Source: Zootoca vivipara (Eukaryota). From it: DNA of 64,000 bases. The position numbers and the translations under genes were made by a program. The notes under the pieces are model-generated. The model made no database searches, had not been told where the DNA came from, and saw only the letters and a list, made by a program, of their open reading frames with translations. Shown piece after piece: positions 24,306 through 37,262 of the stretch (position 1 is its first letter; every line of letters begins with the position of its first letter). The stretch spans positions 28,396,001 to 28,460,000 of the forward strand of contig NC_083288.1 of assembly GCF_963506605.1 (NCBI RefSeq), given 5' to 3'.

Positions 24306-26148
24306 GCTCCAACAATAATATAGATATTTGAATATGAGTCAATTTTTGAGGGTGACAAAGTTGCTTTGTGGGACACCTCTTTTTCTTCCAGCAACATTTT
24401 CTTTTCTGACACTGCAATCTTTCTGTACTGTGTAAGGGGGGTGCTGGGAATGTGTCTGAGCCATGCTACAGAGCCCGGAAATAGTTTATTGGTTGCCTAG
24501 GCAATGTGATGGTGTATTGCATAACTCTCTGTGAGTGTGGGCTAGTAAAATGGCCAGGTACTGTATGTTTATCTGTAAAAAAATAGATCATAGGCTAAAC
24601 ATGAAAGCTTTTACACACTGTTTTACACATCGGCAAACATCAGAAAGCAATATAATACATAAGGAACACTTCATCAATGCATGGGGTATCAGTAGCATAC
24701 AACAATTAGCATTACAGCTTTCAATAGATTTCCAAGAAACATAGTGGGGATCTGGAAGGCTCCTTAGGCTGAGACGGCGAAAAGATATTTTTTACAGTCT
24801 GGCGCAACCCATAGCCAACTTCCTACACAGCAGGCTCATGCGCTAAGAAAATCCTTATCAAAGTTCCAGGCGTTTCGCCAGCCGGACACAGGAACAAGAA
24901 CAAGAGCAAGAACATTCTCTGACCAGGTGGCTTTATGTAAACATAGGCACAGCATCTTAGTAAGACAAAGGGAGACAGAATATAGGATTTATCAGAAAGG
25001 CAAAATGGCTCATATTCCTGAAGTTATATACCTGAGAAGCATATGCCCACTTCATGTACCGTGGCCTATGCCCACTCACTTCATTGTTAAACTAACATCT
25101 TCATATGCCAGAGATTGCCAATGCACAACCTTCCAGATGTCGTTGGACTGCAACTCCCATTATCCCCAGCCAACATGACCAATAGTCAGGGATGTCCAAA
25201 GTTGTTGACCATCAATAATAAATGCTTCAGTTTGTTCATTTCCATGTTCTGTTCATATTCCCTTTTGAATTGAATTTTGCATCTTGAAGCTTAGTGGTTC
25301 TCAAGAGATTGAGCTTGACTATGCAAGCAATTGTCCCCCAAGTGTTATGGGACTATTTACAGATTCATTAACACTGAACACAGAAAGAACATTGTCGTGA
25401 CTCGCTTGTTTCAGAGGTAGGTGCAGATATATACTGTTGAGTAAAACAGAACAAAAGCTAATGTTTTCATTTCATTTTGATTCAAAGTCTGACCCAATGG
25501 AGAGTGAAATATCTGCTGGGGTAGGAGAGGAACATGGCACATTGTTCCAATGGAAGAGAAAGGAGGGCACTAGGTCCTTGAAAGAAATTAGTTCAGGGGG
25601 AAATGATGCAAAAAATTTATGAAGCGGGTTACTGGGGCACCATAAAATGCTGCCACATTATAGGAAAAACTTTGAATGGTTGTTTCCTTAGAAGGACCAG
25701 ATTTTCAGGATGTAGGTTGCTTATCTCTGCAACTACTGTAAGTGGAAATTTTCAAACTTTAAAGGAAGTAATTGCAAATCAGCTTGACCTTGTTAAACAG
25801 CAACACTTCATATTGTATGAAATATCAAACCAAGGTAAAACAACAACAAATTTGACAAGGTAAGAGTTGTACATAAGGAATTGGAGAATTTTGATGAAGA
25901 CGGTGAGCAGAGATCAATAAGAAAACCTCAAATGTATTCTTTTTTACATATAGTGTAATCTGTTTCCATTTACTAATAATACATGAATAGATTTTTTGCA
26001 TCCCCCACATGTCTTTTTCACAAAATAGTCTCTCATGTTGGCACAGTGGTTCAGTAGTAGAGCATCTGCTTGGCAGGCTGAAGGTCCTAAGTTCAATCAC
26101 CATCATCTCCACATAGGCCTGAGAATGTCCCTTTCCCACTGTGGTGGG

Positions 26149-26345
26149 AGAGAGCCAGTGTGGTGTAGTGGTTAAGAGTGGTAGACTCGTAATGGTGAAC
26201 CGGGTTCGCATCTCCACATGCAGCTGCTGGGTGACCTTGGGCTGGTCACAGTTTTCTGAAGTCTCCCAGCCCCTCTCACCTCACAGAGTGTTTGTTGTGG
26301 GGGAGGAAGGGAAAGAAGAATGTTAACAGCTTTGAGACTCCTTCG
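26149..26345 (+). mobile_element. tRNA-derived SINE (Squam3-like) nested in an older SINE
   Basis: gagagccagtgtggtgtagtggttaagag...ctgggtgaccttgggc; the older SINE head is at 26041 and its tail resumes at ~26450. Confidence 0.7.
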
Positions 26346-26353
26346 AGTAGAGA

Positions 26354-26438
26354 TTCTTCTTCTTCTTCTTCTTCTTCTTCTTCTTCTTCTTCTTCTTCTT
26401 CTTCTTCTTCTTCTTCTTCTTCTTCTTCTTCTTCTTCC
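26354..26438. repeat. (CTT)n microsatellite
   Basis: Direct read. Confidence 0.95.
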
Positions 26439-27574
26439 CCCAAACCCTGAAGTGTAGACAATACTGAGTTACATGAACCAATGTTCTAACTCAGTTATTA
26501 AAGTCAGGTGCATCTCCACTATTCAGATGCCAGTAATGTTGCCTCCTCTGTTCTCCGTATCCCTTCCTGCCATCAACTGCAGGTGGCTACTAAGCAGTTG
26601 GATTCTACATAAACCATAACACCTAAGCAGCTGTGTGAATGGCTAGGAAGGGCTCCTTACAATCACTTGAAACTAGAAGTCATAACCTCCAATTGGCTTT
26701 CAAATAAGTCTGTCTGTTTTTACATCATTATTTTTTCCTTCTGTTAAATATGTCTTAAAAAACAAAAAAAAACAAATTAGCTTCACCCCCCCCCCCAAAA
26801 ATTGCTTTTCAGCAAATCGAAATGTTCTGTGTTTTATTGCAATTACTCATTTTTCTCCACTGTCAGATATCTATACAAGAATAGAAAGTATCCAAAGGCA
26901 GAAATACCTCAAGGATGGATGGATGGATGGATGGATGGAGAGATAAAAATGTGATGCCAATTTTGTGTTAACTTTTATGTGCATTATAATTGATGGTTAC
27001 AACGATTTAATGATACCAAATACCAAATTATAATTGTAGAGTGCTTCTAGTAATATACAGTATCAACGTGGCAATAAATGTTTTGTAATTAAGAGGTATA
27101 ATGAAAACAAAAAGGAGAAATAAATTCATTGTGATGTAATTCTTCACCGTCAAGACTCCACTTTCTCAGAAGAAACAGATGAAGTGAATTATAGTCCATG
27201 ATATCCTTTGCCGTACTAAGATGCCAGTCAGGCTCTCAAAAACTAATCCCTCCCTTTCCACTTTGTGTTGAAAGGTCTTTGGAAAGCTTGGCTCATTTAT
27301 TCATGTTTAGTGGGAATGCCCCAATGCTAAAAATGTTTGGAATAGAATATTCTCCATTATAGCTGCAAATGTGTTAGTCCTTCTTGGCTGTATTTTTGCT
27401 ATAACAGCCTTCTGAAGGTACAGTAGCAGGGAATTTTTCCCATTTATTTGGATATAATGATTTTCCAATGAATAGATTAGGATATGTAATGGAAGGCCAT
27501 TGCGTCAAAATATTTTAATGGAAACTAGTTGATTTCCTCAGTACACAATAGGTTGATTTTCTTTTAAGCCGGTA

Positions 27575-27816
27575 CAGTGGTACCTCGGGTTAAGAACTTA
27601 TTTCGTTCCGGAGATACGTTCTTAACCTGAAACTGTTCTTAACCTGAGGTACCACTTTAGCTAATGCGGCCTCCCGCTGCTGTCGCACCACTGCCGCGCA
27701 ATTTCTGTTCTCATCCTGAGGTAAAGTTCTCAACCCGAGATACTATTTCTGGGTTAGCGGAGTCTATAACCTGAAGTATCTGTAACCCGAGGTGTCTGCA
27801 ACCTGAGGTACCACTG
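27575..27816. mobile_element. Tc1/mariner-superfamily MITE
   Basis: TA|cagtggtacctc ... gaggtaccactg|TA. Confidence 0.9.
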
Positions 27817-29405
27817 TACATGCTATTGGACCCCTCTTTGTTTCTTGCCCCATCTCTTTTTTATTATTCAGTTTGTTTTTTACATTTTAATGATACAGTT
27901 TTACTTGTTGAGCCACATATACTTCTCTTGCTTGTTTATGCCCTTTTTCCTGTTAATTCATGTAATTGCACTCTTATTTTAAGCAACTTCTCAAAATCCA
28001 AATTAATCCTCTATTTGGCTTTCCCCTCCTCAGATATGTTTTAATATCAGGCAATCAACAGGGTTTCCATGGATGTTTATTGTACTGATATATATTTTCA
28101 TTTTCTATGTTTTCCCTTTTGGTCTTTTTTGTTAGACAACTGGCAGGGCATTATTTGTTAGACATTCGCAGGGCATTATCTTTGTTTTAGTTTGTACTAA
28201 GACTCAAAACCACCATTAGACACTGTTTTCATCCTTATGATGATTTAATCCAATTTTCACACTCAGCTGACTATAAGACATCCATCAATGGAATGTGAAG
28301 CAATACTTTTTTGTGATTTCCCCCTCTCCCTGCAGCCCACAAACCAATAAATATGTTCCAGAGCATCAGGTAGATATAGTAGCATGCAAGAGGCTGCAGG
28401 ACAGCAGAAAAATCATTGAAAAATTGAAAAATTATTCACTCCCCATTCCAGTGATGGGGCTTTTCCAATCAGCTGCATGACATTGCTGGATTAATCATCA
28501 TTATCACCATCTCATTACTTATATTTATTGATGTCTTTAGGACTTAAAACCTCCTAATAGCTTCTGGATTGCGGAACTTTGTTGGTTATTGTAACTGCTT
28601 AATCATGAAGGAATCTCCATTATGGAATCAATACTGGTTATGAAAATTCCTTCCAGCTCGTTTGTTCTGAGGTACTTAGGCTTCACTGAAATGTCAGTAA
28701 GATGTAATCAGGTGGTTCCTAAATGTTTTTGGGCCACTGCCTCATTGGTTTCATAAACTCATCCCTAGTATACCCTACCCTATGAAAATCATCATTCAGA
28801 ACTGTGGTTTCCATGAACCATTGAAGAACCATTAAAGAATATGATAAAACCATAAAATCAAAGCAGTAACAATTAATTTTGCATTTATTCAAAATCCGGT
28901 TAAGACTGGTGTGTATTTGTTGTTGTTAGCCCAATGATGCATTCTCTTTAAGTCACTTTTCTTGCTTTTTTATTTTTTTAAAAAAATTAAATTAAAAACT
29001 ATTTAGTTTAATCAATTCACCAACATTATTCAACTTTATCCATTGATACCACCTTTTCAAAGTTTGATAGTTATTTACGCCTCTAGCATCCACCTGTCAC
29101 CCTTGGCTTTTAGCGCTAATATAGGGAATCCCCCACAAGGGGCAGTACTACTACCTACTCTAGGAACCACTGTTGTATAATCTCTCTCTTTCCCTCTCTC
29201 CCTTTGTATTCCCATTCAGGTTTCTGTTACTATAATTTTACAAAGCAGCTATATTTCTGATGCAAGGTAGCAGTAGAGTGCTCCTATGCCTTTGGCATCC
29301 ACCACTGTGAGGATTGCATACTCAAGCACTCATTTCTGAAGTTTGCAAATACAAGGATATTTGAAGACACTTTCCCCTGACTTTCCACCTTGTCATAACT
29401 AAGCT

Positions 29406-30338
29406 ATGAGAAACCATACTGAGGTCACTGAATTTGTATTGGTGAGCTTTAAGGGGCAGCCAGAAATGCAAATAGTTTTCTTATTGCTTTTTTTGCTGAT
29501 GTACACCATCACTCTGGTGGGAAATGCTGGTATGATCGTAATCACCTGTTCTGATTCCAAACTCCATACTCCTATGTACTACTTTCTAAAGAACCTGTCC
29601 TTCTTGGATATCTGCTACTCTTCAGTCATCACTCCCAAAGCCATGGTGAGCTTTGCAACAGGGGACATGGCCATTTCCTATAATGGATGTGCAACCCAGA
29701 TGTTCTTCTTCTCTCTCTTTGGAACCACAGAGGCCTTTTTCTTGGCTGTGATGGCATATGACCGATTCATTGCTGTCTGTAGCCCACTTCTCTACCATAC
29801 CATTATGTCCAAGAAGAGGTGTATGTGCCTTGTGTGCATCTCTTACTTCTTTGGTTGTGTCAACTGCTGCACCCAAACTGGGTTTACATTTAGTTTGGCA
29901 TTTTGTGGCCCAACTCATGTAAACCACTTCTTTTGTGATGTCCCAGCGGTCATGAAGGCCTCCTGTTCAGACACATTTGTGAATGAAATTGTGCTCCTTG
30001 CAGTCTGTGGTCTCATCATTGTGGCCACAGCCATAATTGTCCTAGTATCTTACATTTACATTGTTACTACCATCTTGCATATACCGTCTGGCAAAGGGAG
30101 ACACAAAGCTTTCTCAACTTGCACTTCCCATTTGATGGCAGTAAGCTTATTCTTTGGGACAGTCTTTTTTATGTATGCCCAACCTGGGGCCATGTCATCT
30201 CCTAATCAAGGGAAAGTGGTGTCAGTTTTCTACACTGTTGTCATTCCAATGTTGAATCCTATCATCTATAGCCTAAGGAACAAGGAAGTCAAACAGGCTC
30301 TGATCAGGCAACTCAAAGGGAAAGGCTTTGTCTGTTGA
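29406..30338 (+). CDS. Olfactory receptor, family 5/9-like (310 aa); paralog of 23001
   Basis: Intact ORF: MAYDRFIAVC, CDVPAVMKASCSDTFVNE, SSPNQGKVVSVFYT shared with the 23001 gene. Confidence 0.95.
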   Translation: MRNHTEVTEFVLVSFKGQPEMQIVFLLLFLLMYTITLVGNAGMIVITCSDSKLHTPMYYFLKNLSFLDICYSSVITPKAMVSFATGDMAISYNGCATQMFFFSLFGTTEAFFLAVMAYDRFIAVCSPLLYHTIMSKKRCMCLVCISYFFGCVNCCTQTGFTFSLAFCGPTHVNHFFCDVPAVMKASCSDTFVNEIVLLAVCGLIIVATAIIVLVSYIYIVTTILHIPSGKGRHKAFSTCTSHLMAVSLFFGTVFFMYAQPGAMSSPNQGKVVSVFYTVVIPMLNPIIYSLRNKEVKQALIRQLKGKGFVC

Positions 30339-32372
30339 TACAGAGTTTTTAACTGTGTGTCTACTCAATAAGCAAATTTTACTGAGCACAATGGGACTTA
30401 CTCCAATGTAAGAGTGTATAGAATTTCTAGTTTGGCCCGTTATACTATAAGTCTACCAATCTGAAGGAAAATTTGGCTTTTTCCTGCTTGACAAGAAGAG
30501 CTCCAATTACATGCAAAGCACATGACACAAGAAAGCAGTTCAAATGAATCCATGCCAAATATATCAAGGAAACCAATCCAATGCAACACTCAAGAAAGCT
30601 TGCCAACCTAGACACACAGTGAAGTCAATATATGCATATAACTAAAGAAGCAGGATTCCAAAAACCATTTTCCTTTGCCTTCCCCATCCCTTTTATTGCA
30701 AACACACTCATTAAAAAATAAAAATAAATAAAAAATGCTGTTGTGGCCTGCTTCTATTCATAGGCTGCTGCCTGGCACCAATAGAGCCTTCCAGGGGGCA
30801 ATGTATCGGTTTGCTCGAAAAATGTTAGTCACCTTATACAACTACTTGGGGGGGGGATTAAACTAATAGGGTCTTACTTCTGAGTAGAATGCCTCAGATT
30901 GCCCTGTAATTCAACAATTTCATTGTGTCTTAAAAATCTGGGACAAGCGAAAGATCTAAGATAAATGCATTTATTGGATATGCCTAAAACAGTATGCATT
31001 AAACATATATAATATGTAGGTATGTACATATATCTGCAACATACACCATATACGTTTAATTGCTCTCAAGCAGTTAACTTTATGACACTGTGGGGAATAA
31101 ATTAACCCTCGGGTGTGTAAGACTTCATTTTTTATAAATTCTTGCAACCTCTATTGTTGAGGCTTTCTTGCAGAACAACTTGATATGGTTTCTGCGTACC
31201 CTATCCACCTCTTGGGTAAGTTTTATCATTTCATATTTTGACAACTCTGCAAAAGCAGGTGGGGCTGCTGACTTATTTGATGAGTTTGATGCAGAGATTT
31301 GGCTTTTCTGAAATCTGTTTTTCCCCTCCCCAGTTCAGACTGTAAACCTAACCCCATTTATCTCGGTGCAAGCTTCATTGAATTCAAGAAGTATTTTATT
31401 TTATTTTTGCAAAAATAAAATAAAATAATGTAGCCCCCCCCCCTTAATCTTTACATCAGTTTTACCACCATGGCCATGACTATATAAAGATTCCCTATTT
31501 TTGTCCACCCTTTCAATGCTAATCGTTCCAAGCATCATGCTATTATTTATGTTGTAGAGATAGAACATGTTCTGGGTTCAAAGAAGTGACTAACTGGTAT
31601 GTTGGCAGTACCGTGCATTTCATTCTGGTTATGCCTAATGGCCAACAGAGCAATCCTATGCCCCACAGGGTCCAACCACATTTAATTTCAGGTAACTGTG
31701 TATAGGATTGCTGCCTATAGGAATAAAACCAAAGCAACCCAAATAATTTAACATAGAAATAAATTAAACATGGTGTTAGGCTCCATATTTGGGTAGAAGA
31801 TGCCTGGGTGAAGTAATTTGCTCTAAGACAGTGGAGGGAGATGGGGAAGGGAATGTTTAGTATGAGTTACTGCACTGAAGCTGAATTTGTGTGTGTGGTT
31901 AGCCACTGAGTTGAAAGAGAAGATGTAAGGACCAAGAAAGACATTTTTGGGAGCAGGAGCCATATCCTCTCTTCAGATGTTGAAGGGAGACAACTGAATT
32001 TAAGACCTAGCCAAACTGGTGTCTTCCATATGTTGTCTGACATTCCCCTCCCAAACTCCCATCAGCCCCAGCCAACATCATCTAAAGAGCACCGTGGCAA
32101 GCTCTAATGAGAAAAGAAATCTCTCTCTCTCTCTCTTTCTTTTTCTTTGGAGACATATTAATAGTGATGAAAAAGGAAGGCATAAAAATTAAATGGTCAA
32201 AAATGAAAGAAAAAAAGTTGACAGCACAAAGGCAAATATAATTCAACCTCACCAGAATGATTTGATGAACTTATTACTAACAGTGGCCAGCCAAATGTTT
32301 CCGAGGAGCCAACTAACAAGGGATATTTGCTGTGTATCATTTAAATGTTTTAATTTATTTCAGGAACCTATC

Positions 32373-33311
32373 ATGGACAACTGCAGCACAGCCTCTGAGT
32401 TCATTCTGGTGGGGTTCAGAGATCTCCCAGAGCTGCAAGTAACATTTTTCATCACTTTTCTGGTGCTGTACATCACCACAGTGGTGGGGAATGGTGGTAT
32501 GATTGCTGTCATAAGTGCTGACTCTCAGCTCCACACCCCAATGTACTACTTTCTCAAAAACTTGTCTTTCCTGGACCTCTGCTATTCCTCCGCCATTGCT
32601 CCTAAAGCTCTAGTGAATTTTTTCGAGGAGAAGAACATCATCTCTTATGAGGGCTGTGTGGCCCAGTTGATGCTCTTCACCATCTTTGTTACTACGGAAG
32701 GGTTTCTTTTAGCAGTCATGGCATATGACCGCTTCATGGCCATTTGCTACCCACTCCTCTATCCAACTAAGATGTCCAAGAAGTCTTGCCATCATCTGGT
32801 GGCCACTTCCTATGCTTGCGGTTGTACAAATGGAGTGATTCAGACATATGTCTCTTTCCGTTTGAGATTCTGCAACCTCAGCAAAATCAACCACTTCTTC
32901 TGTGATGTCCCCGCTGTCATGAAAGCTGCCACTACATACACATATCTCAACGAAGCTGTGATGTTCTCCCTCTGCAATGTGATCATTGCCATCACCACAG
33001 TGGTGATATTCACCTCCTATGCTTACATTCTCTCCACCATTCTCAAGATTCAATCTGCAGAGGGCAGGCGAAAAGCATTTTCTACCTGTGCCTCTCACAT
33101 AACAGCAGTGACCATCTTTTATGGGACAGTCTTCTTTATTTATGCTCAGCCTGCAGCCATGTCCTCCCCAGCTCAAAGCAAAATTGTCTCTGTGTTTTAC
33201 ACTCTTGTCATTCCAATGCTAAATCCCCTCATCTACAGCCTTAGGAACAAAGATGTCAAAGCAGCTCTGAAAAGGACTCTGGGGAAGAAGAGGCTCTTTT
33301 CTATGAACTGA
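32373..33311 (+). CDS. Olfactory receptor, family 5/9-like (312 aa from MDNCSTASEF)
   Basis: Intact ORF. The probable true ATG is 32373, 9 nt after acceptor tttatttcag; the 60 extra upstream codons in the ORF track are probably intronic. Confidence 0.92.
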   Translation: MDNCSTASEFILVGFRDLPELQVTFFITFLVLYITTVVGNGGMIAVISADSQLHTPMYYFLKNLSFLDLCYSSAIAPKALVNFFEEKNIISYEGCVAQLMLFTIFVTTEGFLLAVMAYDRFMAICYPLLYPTKMSKKSCHHLVATSYACGCTNGVIQTYVSFRLRFCNLSKINHFFCDVPAVMKAATTYTYLNEAVMFSLCNVIIAITTVVIFTSYAYILSTILKIQSAEGRRKAFSTCASHITAVTIFYGTVFFIYAQPAAMSSPAQSKIVSVFYTLVIPMLNPLIYSLRNKDVKAALKRTLGKKRLFSMN

Positions 33312-34401
33312 TGAAATCTGACAAAATCTTATGGGGGCTGTTAAATCCCATAAACCAAGCCAAACCAGAAGAAATTCTACATTTGTAACCAGAACTCTCA
33401 ATATTCTTTTTTACACAGGGGGGAATGCTATGGCAAGATCCACTGGGATGACCAACATGAAATCTCTGGCTCAGCTAGCTAACTGATGCTTTAGCCAGTG
33501 CTGAACTGTTCTGAACATACACCAGCATAAGTTGCTCATCCTAGCTGGCTGAGTGGAAGCTGACTGAACTCAAGTCTGGTGTAAGCAGTGGCAGTGCCAG
33601 GCTATTTTGCACCCTAGGCAAGGCACCTCCCACCCCCAAAATTGCTAACTCCTATTTTTAAAAACAGGTGTTTTATAGAAAAAAGAATGGTAGATCACTT
33701 TTTTGATTATCTTTCTCAAATACAAAATAAAATCTTTTCGCAAACAAAATATTTTGAATAATCTTGTGAAGTGTGATGTTAAAATTTAAGTCTCTTAAAA
33801 TTTTCAGTTTCAGGCAAATCTCCATTTGCATACCTTTTCCTTTGCAAATTCAGCCACCAATTTATTCAGGTCAAGTGCTCATGATAGGATAAATAGGGGC
33901 TAAATATTCTGGAAACCTCAAAAAATCCTGATTGCTAGCACAGTATAACTTTTCAGTTGTACCACGGAATGCCAAGTTTTGCATGCCAAGGACTCTGGCC
34001 AAAGCAATCAAGCATTCCACGATTTGTCACCAGTACTGTTCATCTTGCCAAATTTTCCACTGGTTTCATCAGTTGCTTTTCTTTAGATAAGCACAATTCA
34101 AGTTGTCTCCAGGTCTGCTAGTTTTCTAAATGTTCAGTATTGCTCTCTTGTGAAGACAGAATTGCTCCAATGTTCTTCTAGTATTTAGAGCCTATTTCTT
34201 GTAGGGTTAATGCATCATGTTTTTTTACTGTTCAGTAATGCTCCAGTACACACCCTCAAAGTTTATCGAATGCTAACCTAGAGCAGAGCTTTTAGTGTGG
34301 CAGCACCCACACACAGGAATGCACTCTCTGCTTGAAATTATAGTGGTACAAACAATTTGTTCTTTCAACAACCTCCTTGAGACACTTTTAATCAACTAGG
34401 A

Positions 34402-34537
34402 CAGGCATCCCCAAACTGCGGCCCTCCAGATGTTTTGGGCTACAACTCCCATGATTCCTAGCTAACAGGACCAGTGGTCAGGGATGATGGGAATTGTAGT
34501 CCAAAACATCTGGAGGGCCGAAGTTTGGGGATGCCTG
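34402..34537. mobile_element. Palindromic hAT MITE
   Basis: caggcatccccaaact...agtttggggatgcctg; 8-bp TSD aactagga/aactaggg. Confidence 0.9.
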
Positions 34538-34738
34538 AACTAGGGTTTTTCTTTTCACAGTTACATTGTTGGATATTGTTTGTGCCTGCTTTACAGATCA
34601 ATTGAATATATTATTATTGATTTCATTTTGTATTTTGTTTTTTTTCCTTTTGTGAACTGCCACAATAGTGTGGAATGGTGGGTGGTTTGTGAATTATTTT
34701 AACTAAGTGACTAATCATTAGATGTTGGACAGTCAGAT

Positions 34739-34952
34739 CAGGGCCGTCTTAAGCGCCCCTGGCGCCGTGGAGCGACGGATCCCTACGGTGCCCCCCCGCC
34801 CCATTTTCCAGCGTGGTGGGCGGGCGGGCGCCGCGCATAGCGCGGCTGCCACAGGCGCTGCTGCACGACGGGCGGGCAGGCACAGCACGGTTGCCGTGGG
34901 CGCAGCTGCGCGCCGAACTGGCGGACCAGGTGGCCAGCGGGCGGGCGCAGGT
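34739..34952. mobile_element. CpG-rich one-ended fragment of the CAGGGCCGTCTT hAT MITE family
   Basis: Starts cagggccgtcttaa like 61367; no right TIR visible. Confidence 0.65.
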
Positions 34953-35731
34953 TGCATATATAGTGTAAGAATTATCACCAAGTTTTATCTATAGTGAAAT
35001 TCAGCTCAAATTTAGAGGTTTTTGCTTAGGCAAAGCAGCCAAGGAATTGGGAGGGATGCTGGAATAAAAACACACTTGACTTAAACTAGTGATATTTATT
35101 TGGTTGCTGCTGGTGATGATTTTTCCGCAATCATAACCTAAAACCCTTTGTCTAAAACTTCCAACTCTTGGTCATAGCTCAGTGGTGGTGCACTTGTTTT
35201 GTGCTCATAAGGTTCCAGGTTGAATCTCTGATATTTCCAGGTAGGGCCAAAATCCCGAAGAGCTTCTGCCTGACAGTGTAGATAATACTGGGCCAGATGA
35301 ACCAATGAGGGCCTGACTTGGTAAAAACACAGCTTCGTATATTCCCATGCAATTCTCTCAAATGTTGTTGAACACTTAAAGTAGAACACTTTCACTTCAA
35401 GTGCTATAAAGTGGCATGCATTTTATTCTATCCCCGCAGCAACAAAAACAACAGCCAGGACAACAACACTATGAGATAGTAGCCTCAGAATGCTTCCAGA
35501 ATGTCTTTATTTTTCAGGCAGGTTTCAATTCCATACCAACACATTCAGATTAGGCAATTTCTATTGACTTGAACAACAACCCACTTCCATACAATATTAG
35601 AATTTATGACAAGGAAAGTGATGCAAAATGCACCAGAAAGTGTGGGACAGCGCCTGGTGCAACATGGTAACTTGCCACCCACCCCAGGCCACAAATCAGA
35701 ATGAAGGCTTAACAAATAGTCAACATCTAAC

Positions 35732-35924
35732 CAGTGGCGGAGCTAGCCACTCAGGCACCCAGAGTGGGGCACATGCAGGGTGATCCACCCATGGGGCGGG
35801 GTGATCTGCCTGGGGGGGGGGGCGTGATCGGCACAGCAGCAATCCACTCAGGGAGGATTTTGTCACCCCCCCAGGGATGACACCTGGGGCAGATCGCTCC
35901 TCCACACCCCTTCCTACACCCCTG
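35732..35924. mobile_element. hAT-type MITE
   Basis: cagtggcggag...tacacccctg; TSD catctaac/cctctaac. Confidence 0.7.
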
Positions 35925-36710
35925 CCTCTAACTTCCCTGCAAACAAATAAGGATGAATGGGTCTAGATGGGTCATCTAGAACCACCTGAGATATTGTTAC
36001 TGATTGAAGGTCACTGACAAAGTTTCATTATTGAGCAAGAATTTTAACCCTGATCTCCCTGGTACTTTGCCACATCAAATGCTATGCTACACATTGTCTC
36101 GAATTATATTATTATTCAGTTGTCAAAATCCTGTAAGTTCAGGATCAGATATAAGACACAAGCTCCAGATGGGGAGGGTGGGGAGCCTGGGACCAGCAAA
36201 ATTGTCCTACTTTGCCTTGTAAAGCATGAAAGCCTAATTGTATTGCTAGAGGTCCCTGACACCTCTGTCCAAAAGACATCCAAGTGAAAGGGCTGGAAAC
36301 AAATTCTCCTCTATGAATACAGTGAATACAGTAACTGAATAAACCATAACAAGGTCCATATGCAAATGTGCCCATTCCCCTACTGGGCAGGGTCCTAACA
36401 GACTGGGTGGGTGGGTGGAAAATTCCTGCGAAGGCGACAAAGAAGGTGGCCTGTACATGGTCATCCCCTTATGTACATCAGAGGTGGGCTGGGCGCAACC
36501 CTCATGTCCTTCCCCCTGATTGGTCTCATGGGTGATGCCTGTCCACATCTGGAAGGTTCAGCGTGGCTGGGAGTGGGCTGCTCCAGCTGGCTATCCACCA
36601 CTAGCTGCACCGGAAATTGGTGGGCTCCCTGGACCAACCATGCCAATGGTGTGCAGCAAATGCCCACCCCCGAGCCCCAGGTGAGCCAATATCCTACCAA
36701 CTTTCTCCTT

Positions 36711-36830
36711 CTTTGGAGGTCTTTAAGCGGAGGCTTGACAGCCATCTGTCAGGAATGCTTTGATGGTGTTTCCTGCTTGGCAGGGAGTTGGACTGGGTGG
36801 CCCTTGTGGTCTCTTCCAATATGATTCTAA
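36711..36830 (+). mobile_element. CR1 LINE 3' end
   Basis: ttggaggtctttaagcggaggcttgacagccatctgtcagg...gttggact..ggcccttgtggtctcttcc..atgattcta. Confidence 0.75.
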
Positions 36831-37262
36831 TAAGAGCTGCTTTAGATGTCAAGAAATGGTACAAGGTTTGAGTGATACAGCTTTTTTTTGCTAATTGGCA
36901 GAGCTTTGGGTTAACCACCATCCTTTCACCCTTCAATGTGCACATACAGCAAAAGGCTAGAGTTCAGAAACATTAAGCACATTGCAGTATTTAACCAAAA
37001 GGGGGCTGTTTCCAGAAGAACTCATGCGTGATTTTCCAGCATTTGGGCTTGACGTATTAAAATTTGGGGGAGGGGGTTCTCGATACTAATATTACCAGTT
37101 TTGCGGCTACTTTTGGATGTGATGTTATTGCATATTTTTACCTGGCATATTGGCAAGCTTTATGCTTATTTTTTTTTAAAAAAAATGTATGTTAAATGAA
37201 GTGTTAATTAGTGACTTTCTGTTAGTGTTGTGTTGCAGTGACATACTTATTATTTATCAATA

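Noticed and set aside
26041-26220. tRNA-like sequences (also 35174, 43317)
   Set aside because: SINE heads with A/B-box remnants; no complete cloverleaf.
26276-26461. Poly-Glu, poly-Asn, poly-Ile and poly-Leu ORFs (also 1245, 10651, 16493)
   Set aside because: Translations of microsatellites.
32193-32372. 60-aa N-terminal extension of the OR in the ORF track (372 aa)
   Set aside because: A splice acceptor lies 9 nt before the canonical ATG at 32373; the extension has no OR-like features and is probably intron that is open by chance.
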